Source: the human T2T-CHM13v2.0 reference genome, Homo sapiens
NCBI RefSeq assembly: GCF_009914755.1
Contig: NC_060928.1
Strand: one strand, 5' to 3'
DNA: 64,000 bases
The position numbers were made by a program, and so were the translations under genes. Every line of letters starts with the position of its first letter. Within the stretch, counting starts at the first letter, position 1. Under the pieces are notes generated by a model. It ran no database searches and was not told the DNA's origin. It worked only from the letters and a program-made list of their open reading frames with translations. Positions 1 through 12,609 of the stretch are shown here, in pieces.

Positions 1-797
1 TCAAGTCGGATTTAAATTTGTTCTTCAAAAGATAGATTCAAAGGAACAAGCTCTGTCTGATATAGGAAACAGGTAAAATAAGTTTTAGTTTTCTGTTGCT
101 CAAATGTACCTCTCAGGGTCTTGGTTTCCTTATTTCTAAAATTAAGGAGTTACCCTAGAAGATTTTTAATCTCTAATGTTGTGAATTTCTCTTTGGCAAT
201 GCTCTTATATAACTAAAATAGTAAATGATTTAAAAACTGAAATTTTAGCTCAGTAATTGGCATTACATTTTTAAGTCCCTGAAAAGAATTAACTCCTGTA
301 GATATCAGTTTCTTCATTTAAAAAATGGAGTCAATGATTCTAAACATTTTCCCTTTCATAATGGATAATGATGGCTTGTGCTACAAGTTTAATATACATG
401 AATTATTTTCTATCTCCAGATAACATGATTGATTTTCTGACTGATTTGTGTAGCTTCATTTTCACATGCCAAAACTTCAACAAGGTATAAAATATGGCCA
501 CAACTTGTAGTAAATTTAATGTGGTATGGATTAGTGAGTGCTATTTATATGCTGAAGATACACTAGTGTTACCTCAAAGAGCAATCCAAGAATACACATT
601 TGCTAAGGCTGGGATAGTTCAGGATGTCTGCACTAGTGGTTGTTTATGGCATGAAAGATGCCTGGTCTGGCCTCCACGAAGCCCTGCCCCATCTGAGTCT
701 CAGGAAAAGTTGCTGAAGCCTGGCTGTGTCTGCCCAGACACCAAGAAGACATGTGATGCATGTTATCATTGAGAAAGGAGAGCACTGTGGACATCTA

Positions 798-1115
<318 letters not shown>

Positions 1116-3262
1116 TAATTGAAGCCCACAAGGAGTGCATGGGCTCTCTGAGATTTAAGATATGAAATAGTGTTCTTGAAGAACGAAGATTAAATAATTT
1201 CGGGAACTTTAATGAACTTTCATAAGTGGAAAAAGTATTTCTAATTTATTTTTTTAAACAAATATTAGTCGACAAAGGAAAAAAACAACTCAATTAGAGT
1301 ACAACTAGGAAAGGTGGGAATTATTTTAGAAATACATTTTTGAAAGCATGAAGGATTTCTAGTACAGTAAATATTTGAGGGGTCAAAGTCCTGGAGAGAA
1401 GAAAACTCAGGTGTGAGCCAAAAATTTGGAGGTATTTTTTGCCTATGAACTCCAAAATAAGCTGAGCCTCAGAAAAGCCACATAGAAAGTGGCAGTTGGA
1501 GTTAAGATAAGCACAATGTTAAAGTCTCTTAGGCCTCAATATAATTGCAAAAATATTTAACATAGGAATGAAAAAAACATATTATTCCTACTTGGCATAT
1601 AAAAAACATTATAAAGACTAATTAATTTGAAGTCACATAATGTATTGATATTAGAGATATTCGAGCCTTCAATGATAAAATTGTCTACCAAAAAGTCTGG
1701 AAAGAGGGTATTGAAGCATAGTTATTATTTAGATATTTTAAAAAGAAGGCAAAGTCATATGGGCAGTTCAGTTAATGGAATTGGGGGATGGGATGCAGTG
1801 AGTCAAATCAGACTTTCATATTCTTGAAGCTTGACTTTCCAGACCTAGGAATAGTCTAATATTTACTTTCAGCCCAAAGTAAATATGGTACAAGTAATAA
1901 GTTTGCTTTTTTCATCTGAAAATCATTTTTTTGGTAATATAAGGTAGAAAAAGAGACTAGAAAAACAAACAACATGTATTGATGTTATATATTTTCGCAT
2001 TATTATAACATGTATGAGCAATAATGTCAACCTGAAAGTAATGTGTTATGTCCAATGAACATCAAACTGCACTCAGTGAGCTGCATTGCAGCTGCATGAG
2101 AAAAAATACTGTTACTTTTGTCCCTGGAAATTAAATATATTTACTATGGTCTAATGAGATCCACTCATGAGTTTTCTGTTCACTCCTGTAATGAGGAAAG
2201 TCAGGGACGTCGCAAATTCAATTAACCTGATAATTAATGAATTTTCATATCATATCTCATTACTCTATCAAGATAGAATTTTTCCAACTTTATTACAATG
2301 TCTCATTGTCAATAACATTATTATCAATACTAATAACAAATGAATAATTATTGTCCTCTGTTATTTATGCTTTATTAATTACTTGGCCTACTGCAACTAT
2401 ATTTATTTAAAAGGTTTATTACTGCATATTTTATGTGTTTGTATATATCTGTCACTGACTTTATAGGTATGTGTATTATTTAATTATATACCTTAATAAA
2501 TTATAAATTACTCAAAGAAAGAATCTGAGTCTCTTTGCAATTATAGAAAAAATTCTAGCCTTTTTGCAATGCTGTAGAGTGGCTGAAACCATGGCATCAT
2601 TCTAATATTTTGGCTTTTCAAGGAATGTTCTAAACCCAGACTTCTAGTATAGTTCTCAGTAAAGAGAATATTCTTCTCATTTATAAGCTCATTTATCTTC
2701 ACTATAGAACTCTAATTATTCACATTATGAGCTTATAGGGTACATGGTTTTAGGACCCAGGATCCCAGGGGACATTTTACACCACAGTAAGGGGGAGCAG
2801 CTTAGTCACTGTCCTGGGGATTAAGTTGACAAATGTCTCTGGAACTACTTAGCTCTAATAAAATGTTTTCAGAGCTGTGGATACATAACTACTTCTTAGT
2901 GAATATGTTATGAAAAACTGTAGAATGAATCTGAGAGCCATAGAAGTCAGTTTTTTTTCTTCCCATAACACACATTTTAAATTAAAAGAATGTCTATATT
3001 TCGGGACAACATAGGTACTTTGAATAACTGCTCTAAAAATGTTTGCTTTTCCAGGAAAATTGAAAAATCTTATCTATATATAATGCAGAACTTATAAATA
3101 GCACTAAAAAAAAGAGCCCAAATCATATGGATGCCAAGGTAAACAAACTTAGCTCCTGATTGGCCTCCCTAACTCTTCTGATCTCCAAATTTTGGCCGCA
3201 ATGGAACAAAAGAGGCTTTCCTATCTTTTGTCCTGCTCAGACTTCTACAAGAATGATAACTA

Positions 3263-3550
3263 GGCAGGGCCCGGTGGCTCACGCCTGTAATCCCTGCACT
3301 TTGGGAGGCCATGGAGGGTGGATCGCTTGAGCTCAGACCAGCCTGGACAATATGATGAAACCTCATCTCTACAAAAAATACAAAAGTTAGCTAGACATAG
3401 TGTTGTGCACCTGTAGTTCCAGCTACTCAGAAGGCTGAGGTGGGAGGATTACTTGAGCCCAGGAGGTCGAGGCTGCAGTGAGCCATGATTGCACCACTGC
3501 ACACCAGCATGGGTGGCAAAGTGAGACACTGTCTCAAAAAAAAAAAAAAA
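3263..3550 (+). mobile_element. AluJ
   Basis: Starts ggcagggcccggtggctcacgcctgtaatcc; J-type right arm (ttgagcccaggaggtcgaggctgcagtgagccatgatt); A15 tail; TSD aatgataact at 3252-3261 and 3553-3562. Confidence 0.93.
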
Positions 3551-5649
3551 TTAATGATAACTTATTCTTTATTTCTTCTATCTCCCTTCCATAGTTAAAA
3601 TGAACTAAATGGAATTATTGCTAATTCCATATAATAGTATCTAAATAAAAATCAGCACCAAATATTACATAACAAAATACATATAAAAAGTACTAGAGGT
3701 AGGAGATTATAATGCAGTGAAAGATAGTAATTCTATTTTAAACTTCCTCTTATGTAAACATACAATTTCAAAGAATGTCCTTGTTTTAACCCTTGCAAAT
3801 ATTATGCTTTATGTCATTTTAGACACAATTGTTGAAAAGTTGCCGATTTAGAAATTAACAATGAAAGAAAAGAGGGAAATAAGTGTTTAGGATTTCCAGT
3901 TCCCTGACTCACATAATGATAGCCCATCAATCAGTTTGTTATTTTAAGCCAGAACAAACATGTATCATGGGATTCTAAAAACATCCCTAATGTAGACAAA
4001 GGTATTTTCTTTGAATACAGTGTTATATTTGAGCAGATTTTAAAAATTCATAAATATGTAATAACTGTTTTTGTACTTAACGTTTGGGTATCCAGAAATC
4101 CATGTCTATCATCATCATTTATAATCTGCAGATTATTTAGATTAATATTTAAATACTTTTTTTCTGTTTTTAGAAATAAACAAAAGGTAACTGGCAAAAG
4201 TAACCTGAATTTATTTTTAACATTTTAAAAATTTTATAGATTACACTATTTTTAAATACCGTAAAACATTATTTCTGATAAAAATAATTTTAGTAAGACA
4301 GAAAGGTGGTCCCTTTGTATTTATTATTATCAATAAACTGGAAAATATATTTTCAAAACATATACCAATATAGCAAACAAAAATAAATCCCTGGGTATCA
4401 TACATAGAAAAAAAATCAAATATTAAAAAAAAACTGCAGTGTTACAGGCCAGTATACATAAACATAAAATTTTTGTGCTTTGTTTCTTAAAAGCTAAGCA
4501 GTCCAATAAATATTTCAACCCAAATTTACTTTTGAACTGGCTGGTTTAATGGAGAAATATAGGTGCCATTCATAACTATTTCTAAAAACATATCTATTGC
4601 AATTGCTATAGAGTGGATTAGAATCATGCTCAGGTGTTTGTGTATGCCTTGACAGAGAGGAATCATATGTATGGATTTGGTGACAGAATTGGAATTGCAT
4701 AAAAATAAAAGGTTATAACAGAATTTCAAACAGCTTCTTTTTGCATTAGTGGATATTTCTAACTGAATTTGTCTTATTCTGTGCTTCACAGTATGTCTTT
4801 TTGAAAAACATGCTTCATTTTGACTAATTAACTAAACATATTATGTTATTTATGTTTCAGTAAAACAATTGTCAGATCTGTATGTTTCAATATTACAATG
4901 TTCATTTATGCCTGCCTAAATTTGGAAATATTAATAAATATATAATGTTCAATAGAAGATACTGCTCATCTTGTATTTTGTTTTCAATATCAGGTTTGGA
5001 CCTGATCAACATATTAGGATTAGAATATAGAATTAAAAATTACAAGAAAACAATCACAAAAATACATTTGTAACTACAAAATATGCACCGAGGAATGTAT
5101 TTATATTCATCAATCCACTAATTTTTGTAAGATACATATTATTTTATTAATAATTGAATTGAGTTTACCTGAATATGTTCAGTTCACCTCATTATTTAAT
5201 GCCAATAGATATGAACCAATAGAGTCTGTTAGTCTATGATACGGAAAAGAAAAGCCTTAAATGGTTAATTCAAAATTATAATAAGTAATTTATAAAATTT
5301 ATCATTTTTTTCCTCAGGAACAATGATTCAAACTGGAACTGATTTCCGTGATAGTTATTAAAATATCATAGTTATTATAGATTTAATATTAAAATAAGTA
5401 AATTTCAATATATATAAGTAAGTTTCCTTGAGAGTGGTAGAACTACACTGATCTTTCTGCTAGCTTCTTATATTTCTTCATAACCCACATTCTCAGCAGA
5501 TGATTTGCTTCAGAGGCAAAACAAAAAAAAAAAGAGGTGAATCTTCCCATAAATATAAATATATCCTAGGTGAAATGTAAGAATTCTTCTCTCTGCTAGT
5601 CTCCTATTTACTACTTCCATTTGTGATCTTTGTCTAATGTACTCTTTTA

Positions 5650-6360
5650 TTCTGAGTAGCATCATCTCACTTTACTGGACTTTTAACTTTTCCCTTCTGA
5701 TATCACACTTGTGAGTACATACAAAAACCACATCTTCATGCTGTGCCTCTCTCCAATCATCACCTTATTCTTTCTTCCTTTTTGTATCCAAGTTCTTTCA
5801 TAGAAAAGACTCCACTCATTACCTATTCCGTTTTATCCATTCTCTAACATACAGCAAGCTGCTTTCCATTCAAAGCAATCCATTGGCAAATGACACCAGT
5901 GATCCCTTAATTCCTTTCACTGGATTCCCTATTTTCAGTGCCTTTATTGCTTGGCTGCTTTGTAAAATTGGGACACTTTAAACATTTTTTATATATATAT
6001 AATATTATATATAATATTTTATATGTATTAGTATTTATGTATATAAAATTTGTATATATATTTATTTATATATTAATTTTAAACATTATAAATATATGTT
6101 TAAAGTGTATATCTATACACTCATAAAATAGTGTCCTTCCCAGTTACTTATTTCTTAATTGTTTTTTTCTAACTCAATTTTTGTTCTTTTTGATTTCCTT
6201 TGTAGAATCCTCTTCAGCTCAGACCAAAATATTGAGCCTGATTTTCCAAGAATTTAAACCCGTATTCCCTCTTAATCACCTCATTTACTCTCCGACTTCA
6301 AACAATGACTATGTTATGATGATTCATAAGTCAATAACCATTTGCAATCTAAATCTATGA
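5650..6360 (+). mobile_element. Degraded L2-like fragments interrupted by an AT-rich tract
   Basis: Pyrimidine-rich sequence resembling L2 (gacaccagtgatcc...ttttcagtgcc); boundaries approximate. Confidence 0.4.
5985..6120. repeat. AT/TA-rich low-complexity tract
   Basis: Almost pure A/T with (TA)n runs. Confidence 0.85.
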
Positions 6361-6439
6361 TCTAGAAGTTTATATATGGCATTAGTACTTTAAATTTATT
6401 TTCTTATTTGAACTTCACATTACCTTTTAAACTAGGCAC

Positions 6440-6560
6440 TACTATTTTTCTCTTTGGAGATGAGAAAATCGAGTTTCAAAGAGGTTAAGTAATTGAATCA
6501 TATCAAAAGCTATTTATTTTCACACACAGGTTTGTGTAATGACAAAGCCTATGCTCTTAA
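6440..6560 (-). mobile_element. MIR fragment
   Basis: gatgagaaaatcgag...agaggttaagtaatt matches the MIR core in antisense. Confidence 0.6.
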
Positions 6561-8389
6561 TGTAAGGAAAGTATTGTAATATTCCCCTTGAACAGCTGCT
6601 GTCTGGTCATCTTTACTAGAAGTTTTGCTGGCATTGCAAAGTCAACATTTACATAATCAAATTTACCCCCAGCTTCCTGATCCTTCACTACCCAGCCCTT
6701 GTGGATGCTAACTGGTGTCAAAAGGAATGTCACATTTGGGCATAATCTTGTTACTTGATGTCATGGCAGCACTAAAACTCATTGAGGCATTCACATAAAC
6801 AAAGCACTCTTCACTCAACCTTTGAATTCATCAAGAATATCATGCTTTCCCATCCTCTATTTCCTCTCTTGGTTAATGAAACCACAAAAAACCCAACCGC
6901 CCCAGTCCCAATTCTGAATACCATAAACTATTATATTCTCTTAATCCTTATATCTAGTAAATTACTATACCTTTTCAATTTTAGTTACTAAATATGATTT
7001 GATTCTACCACCTCACCAGATTCCTCAGAGATTTCTAATTTTTATTAAATGTGTAAATGAAATAAAGTGTCCTGTGCCTCATTTAACTTATCTATAAGCA
7101 GGATAAATGTTAGTAACATCTATTTCCCTGAAAGAGGCTTAACAAGAATATAAATTTATTCAAGGTACACAACATGTGGCTTTCTGTTATATTTCTTTGA
7201 AAGAGAGATTTGAAAAGGCCTAAGTTAATATCTGTCCAACTACTGTAGATATCAAATTTTGATGTCCATGAAAAAAATGAGAGTAAGAGAAAGATTTTCT
7301 CATAGGAGAGATTTCCTCTTACTGTTTAAAGGGCTTTTTTTTTTTTTAAATTCTGACCACGCTTACAAATAAAATTCTGCTAAGTATCTTCTGGAGTCAG
7401 ATATCTATTTTTGTTTTAGAATAAAAGAGTAAACTTCACATTAAATATCCCTTTTTACCTTTATACAAATGAGAAGTTAATATTAAAAATTCTATGCTTT
7501 AAAAGATGTCAATATTTATTAGTACATTTGGAAGTTCACAAAAATCTTTTTAGATTTGACTGTATAGAAAGAAGATACATCTCCAGTTATTTTAATTCAT
7601 TTCAGAATTTTATTAGTAAGAATACAGACTCTCTTAATTATAAATTATAACTTATAATTACTTTTAGCTGAATAGCTAGGAATGAAAGTGGTTTTTGAAA
7701 AACATTACAAAATAATTTATCTCTGGTTTTCTTTCAACAAAATTTCCTCATACTCAGCTGCTTAGCATTCTTTATGCAACAATGCAGACTTGATTAGAGC
7801 AGGCTAGATTATGATTTTCTCTTTGGAAGGATATTTATGCTCATTATGTGAAAACTTGTGCTGTATTGCCTATTTATGACTGTCTCCAGTGGTAAGACAT
7901 TTGAATCTCCTGCATAGCTATCAGAATAATATGACTCTAATAAAAATTTAGTATATGCACAATCCAAGGCAATTGTGAGTTCTTCACTTATCACTTCTCT
8001 GCCAAACTCCACCCCTAAGGAATTTGACGATTTCTTATTTTTATAAATTATCTACCAATTAATTTTGCTTAAATAATTTAAAAATGGGTCCCCCAGGTTG
8101 AAATAGTCCTTCTTTAGAAAAGTTTTTTTTATTTATTTCTGAGACAGAGAAACTTGTGAAATATTTAACAATAATATGACATTAAAAAATTTTGTAGTTA
8201 AAAGTATATGTCAAATTATACATCAGGGCCCTAGCTTGCACAGCTGTCATCTAATCTTCATCTGAGCTATGACAAGGTAAGTTCCTCCCATTCAGTTCTA
8301 CCATGCCCTGTCAGATCTAGTACCAATCCCTTTGACTGGTTTTGAAGATAATGTTGGAGGAGAAACGGGAATTTAAAAAGATAATACTA

Positions 8390-8514
8390 TGCTAAGCATA
8401 ATGGCTTACGCCTGTAATCCCAACAATTTGAGAGGCTGAGGCCAGAGAATCACTTGGGCTGAGGAGTTTGAGACCAGCCTGGGTAACATGGTGAGACCCT
8501 ATCTGTATTATAAA
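8390..8514 (+). mobile_element. FLAM / Alu left monomer
   Basis: Single Alu monomer (ggcttacgcctgtaatcc...gagtttgagaccagcctggg) with no right arm. Confidence 0.85.
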
Positions 8515-8580
8515 ACACACACACACACGCACACACACTCACATACACACACACACACATATATACACATATATATGTAT
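8515..8580. repeat. (CA)n/(TA)n microsatellite in the monomer tail
   Basis: Visible dinucleotide runs. Confidence 0.9.
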
Positions 8581-9228
8581 AATATTTTTTATTAAAAAGA
8601 AAATATCTCCATTCATAATCAAGATTACTATAATGAAGCAGCTCTTAATATAATAATAGTATTTGTAATAAGTTGTTATATTTTATGCCATAATCATGAT
8701 CTACTCACAATCATAATCATGACTGCCTTCATGTACATTAAATAATGGGAATACTATAATCGCTCTGTGAGCTGCACAGTACAGACAGCTAATAGCAACG
8801 AAAAGTATATCAAGGAGTGACAAAAGACGTTTAGTAAATTTACTTGTAATAGAGTGTAACAAAATAGTATGTAGAAAGACCACAAAGTGTTATTTAAATA
8901 AAGTAACATTTCCACCATATTATGAAGTATCTCAACTACTATTGCTACTAATATTATTAATAAAAATGTAAATTTATCACAACTTTATGTAGCTGGTAAT
9001 TTTTATACAATGTATTTACATGATAAAACTGGAGGCAGATATAAAGATACTAAAAATTTTACTTAAAATTGTATTAAATATTCATCTTTGATAACAATAC
9101 ATTAGCGTATTTGGCATAAAAATGAACAAGATTACAGAAAAATATAAATTGTGAAATAGTTCTAAATGAAACTTGAATGACAGTAAAATGGAAGGGAAAT
9201 GAAGACTGAGAAAGGAAAGAGCAAATAA

Positions 9229-9385
9229 TAGCTAAGAGCATAGACTCCAGCACCAAAATGCAACAGTTTAAATCCTGACTCTGCCGCTGACTATATATCT
9301 CATCTATATTTAATATTCCTATGCCTTAGTTTTTTATATGTTAAATGGGAAAATGGTATTACCTACAACATAGATGGATTGAGTT
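9229..9385 (+). mobile_element. MIR
   Basis: gctaagagcatagactcc...aaatcctgactctgcc...gccttagtttt...aaatgggaaaatggtattacctac. Confidence 0.7.
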
Positions 9386-9499
9386 ACTATTACAATTTTG
9401 ATCTATTATCTTTTTTTATTTTATAAACACTTAAATTATTGACATACGTAGCAATTGTTATGTTCTTTCATAGTCTTTCTCTTTCATGAAAAATACTTA

Positions 9500-10220
9500 T
9501 TTTCATTCTGTGTTTTTGGCATCTTTCTTAAACATAAATTGACTGTAGATGTATGGATTTTATTTTTGGCTTTCTATCATGTTATAGATATCTCTATGTA
9601 TATCATGCTGTTTTGATTATTATAAATCTGTAGTAAATTGTGAGATCAGGTTGTGTGATACATCCATCCACCATTGTTCTGGTTGATCAGTTTTTTTTGA
9701 TATTAGGGGTTTTTGCAGATCCGTATAGACTTACAATTGTTTTTCCTATTTCTATGAAAATGTCATTGGAATTTGACATTGCATTGACTCTGTGGATCTC
9801 TTTGGGTAGTATGAACGTATTCACATTATTAAATCTTCTACTACATCAACATTAGATTTTTAATTTTTTCCTGTTGTCTTCAATTTCTGTAGTCAATGTT
9901 TTACAGTTTTCAGTATATAGTTCTTTCACTTCCTTAGTTAAATTTGTCCCTATGTATTTCTTATCCTATTGTAAATGAGATTATGTTCTTGATTTCTTTT
10001 TCAGGTAGATTATACTGTATAAATATGCTACTGCTTTTTGTAAGTTGATTTTGTATCCTGAAACTTTGCTGAATTAATTCAGACAGCTTTTTCATGGAGT
10101 CTTTAATGTTTTCTATATACAAGATCACAGCATCTGCAAAGGGAGATAATTTAATTTCTTTCTTTCCAATTTGTATACCTTTTGTTTCTTTATCTTAACT
10201 AATTTCTCATTTAGAACTTC
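9500..10220 (-). mobile_element. L1M ORF2 fragment (antisense)
   Basis: Typical antisense L1 ORF2 sequence (ttgattttgtatcctgaaactttgctgaatt; gcattgactctgtggatctctttgggtagtatg). Confidence 0.88.
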
Positions 10221-10608
10221 ATATTATTCTAAGTAAAATAAGCCAGGTGAAGAGAAAAATACTATATGATCTCAGTTATCTGTGGAATCTGGAAATGTGA
10301 AGCTCATAGAAATAGAGAATAGAATGATGGTTCCCAGGGTTAGGGTGGATGAGAATGAGGAGATGTGGTGACAATAGTTAATGATGACATACTGTATAAT
10401 TAAAAATTGCTACTAGAGTAGATTTTAAATGTTCTCAACACAAAAAAATGAGTATATGAGAAGATGAATATGCTAATTAACTTGATTTAATCATTTCACA
10501 ATGTATGCATATATCAAAACATCTGTATATCTGTTATGTGACATTTATATATATGTATATATATCAAACATTTGTGGTAACCTATAAAAATATATAATTT
10601 AGAAAAAA
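10221..10608 (+). mobile_element. L1MA (MA8-10-like) 3' end
   Basis: End of ORF2 plus 3'UTR (ggaatctggaaatgtgaagctcatagaa...gagtagattttaaatgttctca), A-rich end. Confidence 0.85.
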
Positions 10609-10689
10609 CATTACAGTTATGAGATGTGGAAATAATCATGACCAGGAGGAATGTACTAAATCTTTATAAAATTATGGCACATTATCAGC

Positions 10690-12600
10690 GCAAAATAGCC
10701 TCTGTGTACCAGTTTGTACATTGGTAACCACACATTGTATCCAGTATTCTGACTTCTAACATCATAGCTTCAGGTTTTACCTACTCTTGAACTTCATGTA
10801 AATAAAATGTACGTCCTGTGTTGGGCATTTCTGTTTTCAATATTAACTCTGTGAAATGCATCTATATTAAATGATTTATAGTTTGTTTTGAATTGTGTAT
10901 GTGTAGTATCCTACTGTAGGAATATTTCACTTTAAAAAAATCATGCTATAGTTGATGTGGAATTGGATTACTTTCAGTTCGATGCTATTGTGGATAATGG
11001 TGCTGTGAAATATCTCCTCCCACTTTTGCTGTTTATTCACAGTTCTTGTTTTTCTGGGAATATATCTAATAAGAAGAAGAATTACTGGTTTTTAGTATAC
11101 TCTAAACACTATTTATGTTCAGTTGTTTATGTTCAGTTTAATAAACACACTCAAACAGATTTCTACAAGGGCTGTATTACTTTATACTCTCATCTGGAAA
11201 GTATGGGAATTCCATTTGGTCCACATTCTTACCACCATCACTTGGGCGTTATCCTTATAATTTTAGGTACTGTGGTATTTCGCCATTTTAAAATTTGCAT
11301 TTATATGAATAATAATGGTGTTTAACCATCTTTGCATGTATGACATGCCTATTTGCATATGTTTCTGCCATGTTTTAGTCCAATTTGGGATGTAAAATTT
11401 AAATGTTTTTCTTTATATTGTTAATTTGTGGGAATGCTTTTTATAAATAAGCAAACAAACAAAACCCTGTATTTTAAAGAAAAACCCTTTTCCTGTTCTG
11501 TAGATTATACCTTTTCATTCTCTTGACATTATCTTTTGATGAACACATGTCCTTTATTTTAATGAAACTCAATTTATAAATATTCTATTCTAAAGTTGGC
11601 GCTTTTTTGACATGTTTAAATTAATTTTATCATAACATAAATTCTTCAAGATAAGCTTTTATGTTTTCTTCCATAAAAATGTTTATTGCTTTTCTCATTA
11701 ATTTTATACTTAATCACCATCTGGGGGACTTAAATTTTGTTTATTGTATGACTGTTAAAATTTATTGACACAACTGACCCATTTATAGGACAGATTATAC
11801 TTGCACCCACTGCATTTCAATAGCATTTTATAATAAATTACAAAGACCATATAGAGAAAGAGTCTTTTCCTTTTTCTACCTTCTTGAGATAAAAATATAA
11901 TTTCTTAAATGTCAATCTTTCTTCCCTCATAATACAGGCACTTAAGACTATAAAAATCACTATTAACACTGCCTTGGTTGCATCTTACATGTTTCAAAAC
12001 TTGGTTGCTTCTTATATATTTCAAAACATTGTTATTTTTATTATTTTTATATTATTTAATATTATTTTATTTATTATTATTAAGGTCAAAACAGTCACTA
12101 ATTTTTATTTTAATTTCTTCTTTGGCCTATGATTTATTAACAAATACTATGCTTAATTTTGAACTTTTTAAAATTTTCCACTTATAAATATTATTTATTT
12201 TCAATTTAATTCAGGAAACTTCCTCTGTATTATTTTAAGTCTTGAAAATTTAGTAAGAATTGCTATGTGCCTTAACATGTACTTATGAGAAAAGTATATG
12301 TTTTAAATATTATGTTCAATGCAAACCGATAAGGTGAAGTTATTAATAGTTTTGTTCAAATCTTCCTATCCTTATTTATTTTTTACTACTGCTCTATTAA
12401 ATACAGAGAAGGATATATTAAAATTGCTAACTATAATTGAGGGTTGGTTTTTCCTTTATCAATGTTAGCTTTATGCATTTCAAATTTGATACTAGATACA
12501 TTTAAAATGATTTTTATTCCTAACGAATTACCCTAATTCATTAAGAAATAATCCTCTTTTTGCAGGGCATGTCCTCTGATTTGAACTCTCCTTTTTTGTG
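10690..12600 (-). mobile_element. Old degraded L1M (L1ME/MD-like) fragments
   Basis: T-rich antisense L1 motifs (ttctgacttctaacatcatag; tttcagttcgatgctattgtggataatggtgctgtgaa); boundaries approximate. Confidence 0.65.
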
Positions 12601-12609
12601 GTTTCATAG

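Noticed and set aside
494-772. 92-aa Cys-rich ORF
   Set aside because: No recognisable motif spacing, promoter or splice context
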